From sequence record SRR31156797_479: DNA of 42,253 nt; one strand, given 5' to 3'. The notes under the pieces are model-generated. The model saw only the letters and a program-made list of their open reading frames with translations. It was not told the DNA's origin and made no database searches. The position numbers and the translations under genes are program-made. Shown here piece after piece: positions 1 through 7,458 of this stretch (position 1 is its first letter; each line of letters starts with the position of its first letter).

Positions 1-73
1 GCTCTATCTTTCCATTACTCTGTGGGTAATTGGGTGACTTGACTGTGACGGATAGTGATGAAGCGCAACTGCT

Positions 74-385
74 AAAAAAAAGAAAAATGTTGCGTGTCCG
101 AAGAGCAAGGCGTCTTTGTCAGGTAATACGGAGGGAATTGCCACGGTTGGCAAGGGCTGTATTATTCCCGTACACGACATGAATTTCCAGGGATGGCCCC
201 CCCCCTGTGAGTTTTTTGAAGTCCACTTGGTGCGGGGATCTTTGGTCAAGGCCTTTTTCCTGTTACTAGACATTACTGGACCGCTAAGGCGAAGATCGCC
301 AGCGGCCTTGTTCACACGATAACCATGCCGGGGAACGGACGGGAGCTTACCTAGACTTCCCACCCCCGTTTAGGATAGCGAAGCA
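74..385 (-). ncRNA. Candidate structured non-coding RNA (unassigned)
   Basis: GC-rich non-coding island flanked by AT-rich DNA. It has successive stems at 323-379, 279-307 (GGCGA/UCGCC), 188-207 and 118-179 (UUGCCA/UGGCAA), then a C(UUCG)G tetraloop hairpin (98-103 on -) followed by a U-tract (74-87). No credible ORF. Confidence 0.5.
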
Positions 386-428
386 CTGGAATATCGAATT
401 TTATTAAAATAAAAAGATATTTCTCAGG

Positions 429-677
429 TTATTTTTTTATGAGTCGATAGCCAAATAAGAGCAAAATTGCTCCACCAATTGCGATACCGATACTTCCAAG
501 ATTGAAGCCGGTAACATTTCCGATGCCAAGTCTCGACCCTATAAATCCTCCAACAAAGGCGCCAGCTATTCCTATCAAGATGGTGACAATGAATCCACCG
601 GGATCATCACCGGGCATTATCATTTTCGCCAAAGCACCAACTATCAACCCCATAATTATCCACGATAAAATCCCCAT
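429..677 (-). CDS. GlsB/YeaQ/YmgE family (transglycosylase-associated) stress-response membrane protein
   Basis: 82 aa, Gly-rich hydrophobic protein; MGILSWIIMGLIVGALAK..PG..PGG and GIAGAFVGG signatures; AGGAGG RBS upstream. Confidence 0.92.
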   Translation of the reverse strand: MGILSWIIMGLIVGALAKMIMPGDDPGGFIVTILIGIAGAFVGGFIGSRLGIGNVTGFNLGSIGIAIGGAILLLFGYRLIKK

Positions 678-974
678 TCTTTCCTCCTAAAAAAGCGTAA
701 ATGTTGGTTCCATTCCGATGGAACGGTTATCAGATGAATATGAGAACTGTACCTGTTTAGTGTAGGGGATAATCAATCATCAGGCAAGAAGTACTATCTG
801 CAGGTACCAAAATCCATATCATCTCTGGTATATCAATTCGGGTTGTAGTATCAGCAAGTTGACCTTGTTTTGTTTTTTCTTAGACGCTCTATGGAAACAA
901 ATGAAGATTGTCAGGTTTGATAGAGTTTGAGTTGTAGAGAGTGTTTGTTCATATCTATATTTTTATACCGTATG

Positions 975-3900
975 TTACCCAACTAGCCGCCTGTTTCCGG
1001 CAGCCCTCTGGTTTGTAGCACCAGCGGAAAACTGGAAATGGGTACTCCGGTCAGCAGCCCGCTCCACGGTCAGGGTGCAGACGCCAAACTCTTGGTCAAC
1101 ATAGCCTTCCAATAGCAATGGCCCTTTGTTATGCAGTAAATGGCAGAACCGGTCATAGACCTTGGGGAAAAAGGTACATTCCACCTGTCCGGTTTCATCT
1201 TCAAAGCTTAAAAACTCCATGGGGTCCCCCTTTTTAGTGCCAACCACCTTGCCTGTGATCATCCACCCCAGGAAGCGGAGACGACGCTTTTGTTTTTGGC
1301 TTGATGGCCCATACCGCTCGATATCCTTCGCACAAACAGTCTGCTGCTGGCGGCGATAATGATCAAACAAGATAATAGGATGACAACCGCACAAAAAACC
1401 AAGCACTCGGTACTCATTGCGCAGCCGCTCAAGGGGCTCTCCCTTGGGCAGATCAGGTGGTTTTACCGACGGGGTAAAGAGTGACATAACCTTCGTTTTT
1501 TTATTTTTTTGCCACTTGGCAAGCAACCAGCAAAGCGCTGCCCGGTTTTGCTCACTTTGATGAGCCTCAAGCGCATCCAAGGCACCGCAATGGATAAGAC
1601 CGAGAGCTTCATCGCCTGCCGGATTGACCCGGGAAAAAAAATCCATGACTGAGCTAAACTTATACTCGGTACGTCTTTTCACCAGTGTCCTGAGTGTTTT
1701 GTTCGTAAGCCCTTGTACGGCCATTAGCCCTACTTGCAGTTGTTTGTTATTGCCAGTCCAATGAATGTCGCTTGTGTTGACATCCGGTGGTACTACAGTC
1801 AAGCCCATGCGTCGGGCCTCGGAGACATAAGCAAAGGTTGAATAAAATCCGCCCTGATTGGAAATAACAGCAGCCATGAATTCGGCTGGATGATGGACCT
1901 TGAGGTATGCTGCCTGAAAGGATACCTTGGCATAGCTTGCTGAATGGGGTTTACAAAAAGAGTACCCGTCAAAGCTCATCATCATTTGCCAGATGCGGGT
2001 TGCTGTCGCTTCGGCAACATTACGCTCTGCAGCTTTAGCAAAAAAACGGGCTCTAAAGTCTGTCAGTTTTTTTTGCTTGTCCTTTTTAGACATGATCTTG
2101 CGTAAACGGTCGGCGTCGCTGTCGCTAAATCCAAACTGCACTGCTACTCTGGAAACATCCTCCTGGTAAACCATGATTCCGTAGCTGTCATCCAACACAT
2201 TACCCACCAAAGGGTGAAGTGGTTCCCACGTACCACCATGGAGACGACGCAGGTATTCACGAATAAACTCATTGGCTGCAGGACGAATAATAGAAGAATG
2301 GATAACCAGATGCTCAAAATCACCAATTCTTGCTTTTTTCTGAAGCAGGCGAGTCGCAGGGCTTTCAATATAAAAACAGCCCATGGTTTTGCCCTGGGCT
2401 ATACTTTTTTGAGTTAAGGGATCATCTTCGGGGTGCCAGCGAGCCTCATCAAAAGAAACATGGTGGGAGCGGATAGTATCAATTGTATCTCTAATCACCC
2501 CCAGGCTGCGATTACCGAGCAAGTCTATTTTGACAAGTCCTGCTGTTTCAGCACCATCTTTTTCCCACTGGATGATCGGCACCCCTTTAGGCGCATACTC
2601 CACCGGTACATATCCGGAAATAGGTTCAGGGGTGATGATGACTCCGCCGGGATGGACGGAAAGGTGTCGCGGGGAACCACTGATTTTTTCTGCCATGGCG
2701 AGGATACGGGGCCAAGGGCCGGAAAAATGTACACCCCGCAGCTGAGGCAGCTTTTCCAGGTAAGGGAGGAAACCGTTCTCTAGGCGATGGGCACTCCACA
2801 TCCAGGGTAATTTTTTAGTAACGCTGGAAATCTCACCTCCTGGCAGGCCAAAGACTTTAGCCGTTTCTCGGATAGCCATGCGCGGCTGAAGCATGACATG
2901 GTTGGAAACCATAGCTGCACGAACGCCAAATTCACTAAGCACACGTTGTAGAATAACGTCCCGCTCATCCCAGGAAAAATCGACATCAATATCTGGTGGG
3001 TCGCTTCGACCTGGATTCAGGAATCTTGCAAAGTAAAGGTTGTGTTTTACCGGACAAACATTGGTGATAAACAGACAATAGGCTACCAGGGAGGCAGCTC
3101 CCGACCCTCGGCCACAGGTCCTGGCCACCGGGCCGACGATATCCTTGACGACTAAAAAATAGGAAGAAAAATTCATATCACCAATCACCTGTAACTCATG
3201 CTGCAGGCGGGAGAGAACCTGCTTGGGCAGTGGCGATCCGTAACGTTTCATCGCTCCTTCATGCGCTATCTGGTGCAACCGTGCATCAGCATCCCCATGG
3301 CTGGACGGAGGTAAGACAAGCTGGGTTGAAGGGCTGCTGAAAATGCATTTTTCGCTTATAAGTTGCACGTTCTCTATGGTTTCCGGCCACAGACTAAAAC
3401 GATGGTCTAATACAGCAGGAGAGGGGAGGTACTTATCTGTGCTAACAGTATCCAGGGGTGATAATCTACTGATGGAGGTGTTTTTATGAATGGCCCTGAG
3501 CAGTTGATGCAGCCCATGATCTTCCCGGGCTAAAAAAAAAGCATCGACCACCGCAACTGCAGGAAGGCCAAGCTGCATGGCTGCCTCGCGCAAAACGCGG
3601 TTTTGAGGATCTGGTTTATTGACAATGGCAGCCGCCGTGTCCGCCCCCAAGCCGTGGCAGTGGTCGAGAAGAGCGAGAGAGGTTGGCAAAATCACCAACC
3701 CCTGATGATATTTTTCCAGCGCCTGTTCCGGTTGAAAGGGGGGGGCGCTATGGTAAAGGGTTAGCAAGCGACAGAGATTTCGAAATCCCGCCTGATTTTT
3801 TACCAGACAAAAAAAGCGAACATGTTCGGTTTGTACCTCGGCCCCGATAATTGACCGGAGTCCGTGTTGCTGGCATGCCTTTATATATGTCCAAAGCCCG

Positions 3901-4040
3901 TACAGATTATTAATATCGGTTACAGCTATTGTTTTATACCCGAATTGCCGTGCCTGACGGCACAGGTTGTCCATGGAGGCAGTGCCCTCCATCATAGAAT
4001 AATGCGAATGAACCCCAAGGACAGCAGATGGTAGAGGCAT
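975..4040 (-). CDS. dnaE2: DNA polymerase III alpha subunit, error-prone DnaE2 (ImuC) type
   Basis: PHP start VHSHYS; GRGSGAAS, PDIDVDF, SVHPGG, KIDLLG and FCKPHSASYA motifs; C-terminal OB fold with no tau-binding tail; lies in a lexA cassette. ATG at 4040 chosen because it is just downstream of the upstream gene's stop (4051). Confidence 0.9.
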   Translation of the reverse strand: MPLPSAVLGVHSHYSMMEGTASMDNLCRQARQFGYKTIAVTDINNLYGLWTYIKACQQHGLRSIIGAEVQTEHVRFFCLVKNQAGFRNLCRLLTLYHSAPPFQPEQALEKYHQGLVILPTSLALLDHCHGLGADTAAAIVNKPDPQNRVLREAAMQLGLPAVAVVDAFFLAREDHGLHQLLRAIHKNTSISRLSPLDTVSTDKYLPSPAVLDHRFSLWPETIENVQLISEKCIFSSPSTQLVLPPSSHGDADARLHQIAHEGAMKRYGSPLPKQVLSRLQHELQVIGDMNFSSYFLVVKDIVGPVARTCGRGSGAASLVAYCLFITNVCPVKHNLYFARFLNPGRSDPPDIDVDFSWDERDVILQRVLSEFGVRAAMVSNHVMLQPRMAIRETAKVFGLPGGEISSVTKKLPWMWSAHRLENGFLPYLEKLPQLRGVHFSGPWPRILAMAEKISGSPRHLSVHPGGVIITPEPISGYVPVEYAPKGVPIIQWEKDGAETAGLVKIDLLGNRSLGVIRDTIDTIRSHHVSFDEARWHPEDDPLTQKSIAQGKTMGCFYIESPATRLLQKKARIGDFEHLVIHSSIIRPAANEFIREYLRRLHGGTWEPLHPLVGNVLDDSYGIMVYQEDVSRVAVQFGFSDSDADRLRKIMSKKDKQKKLTDFRARFFAKAAERNVAEATATRIWQMMMSFDGYSFCKPHSASYAKVSFQAAYLKVHHPAEFMAAVISNQGGFYSTFAYVSEARRMGLTVVPPDVNTSDIHWTGNNKQLQVGLMAVQGLTNKTLRTLVKRRTEYKFSSVMDFFSRVNPAGDEALGLIHCGALDALEAHQSEQNRAALCWLLAKWQKNKKTKVMSLFTPSVKPPDLPKGEPLERLRNEYRVLGFLCGCHPIILFDHYRRQQQTVCAKDIERYGPSSQKQKRRLRFLGWMITGKVVGTKKGDPMEFLSFEDETGQVECTFFPKVYDRFCHLLHNKGPLLLEGYVDQEFGVCTLTVERAADRSTHFQFSAGATNQRAAGNRRLVG

Positions 4041-4050
4041 AGAACTTTTG

Positions 4051-5244
4051 TTACTGAAGGGTATGGGACAAGGCTTGCTGATCAAGCTGGATACCGCGCT
4101 TGACAATACCTGCGCCGTAACGTTGACAAATAACATCACATGCGCTGCTTATCTTCTTGTTTTTTTCCTTTTTATGATTGAGAGGCTCAAAGAGGGAAAG
4201 CTGCTGCACTGGTCTACAATACCGGCTGCTGAATAGAGTTATTTGACGTAGCCGTACCCGCCTGTGCCATGCACGATACAATGCGGTTAGAGCAAGTTGT
4301 TCTAAAGAGAAATCATCTGCTGCAGGGGATTTTGTAACAGCTTGACGAATAACCTTTATACCATCGGTATACAATAACTGCACCCCAATCCTGCGGCAGG
4401 CTAGCCGCCGACTACGCAAAGTGTATCCTGCCTGGGATACCAAGGCTCCCAGTGCGGCGCGGACAGTGGTAACTTGATTGGTATCCGGGGAAAACGTATG
4501 GGCAAAAATTCCATCGGTATTATGTGCAGCCAGCGGCTGGACAGGTTCCCGGTCGATCCCACGGACAGCCTGGTACACCGTTCTCGCCCGGTTGCCGCAG
4601 ATAATACTCAATTCCTCTACACTCAGGGCTGTAACCTGATGCGCCTTGCTGATATGAAGCCCTCGCAATCGATGCAAATCTGCCGGGTCGATACCAGGAA
4701 GCAGCCCAATAGGCAAGGGAGCAAGAAATGATTCCTCCTCTCCGGCAGCAACAATATATTCCCCTACCGGTTTGACCAGACGACTCGCTACCTTGGCGGT
4801 TAATTTATTAGGGGCTACAGACCATATGGGGTCAAGCCCCAGGTCCTGGAGCAGGGTTTTACGCAGGCGCCAGCCGATATCAGGCGGAGGGCCAAAAAGG
4901 CGATGTGTACCGGTAACATCAAGATAGAGGTGGCCGTTGCCGTTGGAGCATTCGACCAGAGGGGTAAAATGCCTGGCCCGATCGAAGCACTCTAGCAGCA
5001 TTTTCCGGTACTGTTCCTGCTGCGGAGGAAGCACAACCGCTCCTCGGCATCGATTTCTGGCCGTACTCAGCAGCATTCCTTTGCGTACTCCATCCTGATA
5101 GGCCTCTTCGCTCATATCATAGACAACCGACCGCGAGGCCTGCGGTGCAATGATAAGCGGTCTGCTGCGCAATGAGCTGTCAATCAGACGCTCCACCGCG
5201 ACACTGAAATCAGCAATATTCAGATGAATGACTTTTCTTTCCAT
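4051..5244 (-). CDS. imuB: Y-family DNA polymerase-like protein (DinB/ImuB family); catalytic acidic residues absent
   Basis: DinB-fold motifs GVRKGM, YLDVTG, APNKLTAKVAS, LLPGI and a C-terminal beta-clamp motif QQLSLF. HLNIADF replaces HVDMDxF and SNGNGHLYLD replaces SxDEAYLD. Confidence 0.82.
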   Translation of the reverse strand: MERKVIHLNIADFSVAVERLIDSSLRSRPLIIAPQASRSVVYDMSEEAYQDGVRKGMLLSTARNRCRGAVVLPPQQEQYRKMLLECFDRARHFTPLVECSNGNGHLYLDVTGTHRLFGPPPDIGWRLRKTLLQDLGLDPIWSVAPNKLTAKVASRLVKPVGEYIVAAGEEESFLAPLPIGLLPGIDPADLHRLRGLHISKAHQVTALSVEELSIICGNRARTVYQAVRGIDREPVQPLAAHNTDGIFAHTFSPDTNQVTTVRAALGALVSQAGYTLRSRRLACRRIGVQLLYTDGIKVIRQAVTKSPAADDFSLEQLALTALYRAWHRRVRLRQITLFSSRYCRPVQQLSLFEPLNHKKEKNKKISSACDVICQRYGAGIVKRGIQLDQQALSHTLQ

Positions 5245-5259
5245 TTTTCCAAGGTACAG

Positions 5260-5295
5260 CAATGTAAAACCAATGTAAAGTTAAACTGTACATTG
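5260..5295. promoter_or_regulatory. Candidate LexA operator array upstream of the imuB-like gene
   Basis: CAATGTA at 5260 and 5271 (11-bp period) plus inverted TACATTG at 5289-5295; same hexamer as the palindrome upstream of lexA. Confidence 0.5.
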
Positions 5296-5319
5296 CGGAA
5301 GGGTCGAAAAAAAGAAAAG

Positions 5320-6108
5320 TCAGAGGAACAGGCTGCCTAGCTGCCGAGCATTATGTACGGCTTGACCAGCTACATGGTTATTGAAAAAAATTACTCCCTG
5401 ACCGGAGACTTGCTGTAGAGGGAGGATAACGTCCTGCTTGAGACGATCCAGCTCCTGGGTAGTGTAACTGTAGTTAAACTGCTGCTGCATATTGCCCGAA
5501 TACCATCCCGCTGCATTACGGCCATGGAAACGAATATAAAAAAGATCTGGGTTGGTGCTGATCTCAAGACAAGGGAAAAGGTTGGGAAGGGGAGGGGCAT
5601 CTACGGTAACAAGGGTGATTTTTCGTTGCTCCAACCCCTGGAATACACTGTCATGAGCCCAGGAATGATGGCGAAACTCAATAGCAAGGGGTAAAGAATG
5701 CAGCTGGTCAAGAAGTGCAGCCAGGTAAAGACGGTTTGCTCGGGTACGGGTAAAAGAGGGTGGAAACTGTGCTAGAACTGCAAGGAGACTACCGCTGTTA
5801 AGCAGTGGCTTGACCCCTTGGCAATAGAGGCTGGCCTGTTTTTTCCAATCGTCATTGACCTCATGGGTCATGGTACGCGTGAGCTTTGCGGTGAAGAGAA
5901 AAGAAGCCGATACACGGTTCAGCATACGTTCCAATGGCTCTGCCCTGGCCATCTGGTACCAGGTATAGTTGAGTTCTACTATTGGAAAAATAGCGCTGTA
6001 CAAAGTCAACATGTGGGCAGACTTGCTGCCTGCGGGATAAACGCCAGCCTCTATCCATTCGGGATAGGAAAAACCACAGGTGCCGATACTGAGAGTCGGT
6101 CCTGCCAT
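5320..6108 (-). CDS. DUF72 (YecE-like) TIM-barrel protein
   Basis: IGTCGFSYPEW, VELNYTWY, FTAKL..TH, LAQFPPSF, AIEFRHHSW, YIRFHGRN and FFNNH motifs; ATG overlaps the lexA stop (TAATG). Confidence 0.9.
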   Translation of the reverse strand: MAGPTLSIGTCGFSYPEWIEAGVYPAGSKSAHMLTLYSAIFPIVELNYTWYQMARAEPLERMLNRVSASFLFTAKLTRTMTHEVNDDWKKQASLYCQGVKPLLNSGSLLAVLAQFPPSFTRTRANRLYLAALLDQLHSLPLAIEFRHHSWAHDSVFQGLEQRKITLVTVDAPPLPNLFPCLEISTNPDLFYIRFHGRNAAGWYSGNMQQQFNYSYTTQELDRLKQDVILPLQQVSGQGVIFFNNHVAGQAVHNARQLGSLFL

Positions 6109-6749
6109 TATAACCCGGACATCTGTTCGGGGCCGCGGTGAATACCTACCAAAAGGCCCTGAATTAGGACAGTGCCCAATCCGTAACACATCGGCTTGTA
6201 CTTGTCATTTTCAGGTACAAGCTCAATATGGTCCCCTCTATAAAAAAAACGTTTAATCGTTGCTTCTTCGCTGCCAATCAGGGCAACAACGATTTCTCCG
6301 TTTTCAGCATACTGTCTCGGTTCACAGATTGCCAGATCACCATCAAGAATCCCAACTTTCTCCATGGAATCACCCTGCACATGGAGAGCGAACAGGTTAT
6401 CGCCACGGTAAATGGTGCTATCAATACATACATGCCCAGCCCATTCCTGCTGAGCGTACAGCGGCATACCGGCAGCAACCCTGCCGATGATCGGTATCGA
6501 ACGGCTCCGGGAGTGCTCACTCGCAGCCGCTCCTGTCATCAGGGTTAAAGATCTGCTGTAGCGTCCCTCCCGCTTTATCCACCCTTTTTCCTGGAGGGTC
6601 TGCAGCATACTGGCCACAGCAGTATGGCTGATTTGCAGATCACTGGCTGCTTGTCGAAGGCTCGGGGTGTGGCCGGACTGATCAAGCTGTTGTTGCAGAT
6701 AATCCAAAAAATGCCGCTGTTTTGGGGTAAGGGAATGTTGTTGGAGCAT
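6108..6749 (-). CDS. lexA: SOS transcriptional repressor LexA
   Basis: N-terminal winged helix (LTPKQ..LDYL, PSLRQ); Ala-Gly cleavage site VAAG-MP; catalytic Ser (GDSM) and Lys (ATIKR). Confidence 0.95.
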   Translation of the reverse strand: MLQQHSLTPKQRHFLDYLQQQLDQSGHTPSLRQAASDLQISHTAVASMLQTLQEKGWIKREGRYSRSLTLMTGAAASEHSRSRSIPIIGRVAAGMPLYAQQEWAGHVCIDSTIYRGDNLFALHVQGDSMEKVGILDGDLAICEPRQYAENGEIVVALIGSEEATIKRFFYRGDHIELVPENDKYKPMCYGLGTVLIQGLLVGIHRGPEQMSGL

Positions 6750-6773
6750 AGATTGTCATCCTCATGCATCAGA

Positions 6774-6813
6774 AATGTTTCTTTTAATGTAATAGTACAT
6801 TTGAAAAGTGCAA
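6774..6813 (-). promoter_or_regulatory. lexA promoter with overlapping palindromic candidate operator AATGTA-N4-TACATT
   Basis: Perfect 6-bp arms at 6786-6791 and 6796-6801, extra half-site AATGTT at 6774-6779. On the minus strand TTGCAC (6813-6808) -16 bp- TACATT (6791-6786) fits -35/-10. Confidence 0.6.
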
Positions 6814-6862
6814 GTAGGAAAACAAAAAGGTGATGTTTTAAAACAGATGCGAAACTAAAAAT

Positions 6863-6899
6863 AAAAAAAGCCGCTTGAAGAGCGTTCTCTTCAAGCGGC
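6863..6899 (-). terminator. Intrinsic terminator of the TRAP/USP operon
   Basis: 13-bp perfect stem GCCGCTTGAAGAG/CTCTTCAAGCGGC with a 4-nt loop and a 7-U tail on the minus strand. Confidence 0.88.
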
Positions 6900-6921
6900 C
6901 TCAGATGAAAAAAACTGTTTA

Positions 6922-7410
6922 TTAAGAGATGCGTTTACGCAATTTTTGAGCGATTCGCTCCCCGCGATAGGAAACAATGGTAACGGGAGAACGACGAAAC
7001 AGTTTTTCCGCCACCGACCCGGTAAAGGCATGCATCAGTTCGGATTTGGCCTTTACCCCCATAACAATCATATCAGCATTTTCTTTTATAGCAGCTTTCA
7101 ACAAGCTAGCAGCAGGCCGTCCGACCTTAAAAACAAAACGAACCCGCTTTTCATCCACATCGATGCCCTCTAGCATCTCTTCGAGAGCCTCAATCCTCTG
7201 TTTCTCGATTTCCTGAATATAATGTTCCTCGTCCACCTCATACCCAAAAGAAGTAATGGTCTGGACTGCTTCCAAGTCCCTTTCATTAATGATATTAATC
7301 AAAATAAGCTCTGCATCTAATGCTTTTGCCAATCCTGCAGCATAGTCAAGAATGCCTTTAGAAAAATCCGAAAATGCCAGTGGAACAAGTATTTTTTTTA
7401 TTTCAGCCAT
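6922..7410 (-). CDS. Universal stress protein (UspA family)
   Basis: KKILVPL..S..S and ADMIVMG...GSVAEKLFRRSPVTIV motifs. Confidence 0.92.
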   Translation of the reverse strand: MAEIKKILVPLAFSDFSKGILDYAAGLAKALDAELILINIINERDLEAVQTITSFGYEVDEEHYIQEIEKQRIEALEEMLEGIDVDEKRVRFVFKVGRPAASLLKAAIKENADMIVMGVKAKSELMHAFTGSVAEKLFRRSPVTIVSYRGERIAQKLRKRIS

Positions 7411-7458
7411 AAGAGTTTGCTCCGATGTTGAAAAAAAGTTTAAGCGTGCAGTTAGTCT

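Noticed and set aside
4-363. ORFs 4..363 (-) and 116..322 (+)
   Set aside because: No recognisable motifs or RBS; the sequence is better explained by RNA secondary structure.
4041-4139. Longer N-terminus of dnaE2 in the ORF track (likewise DUF72 from 6189, korA from 11255, cimA from 21447, comEA from 23044)
   Set aside because: These overlap the upstream gene substantially; family motifs begin at the downstream start codons.
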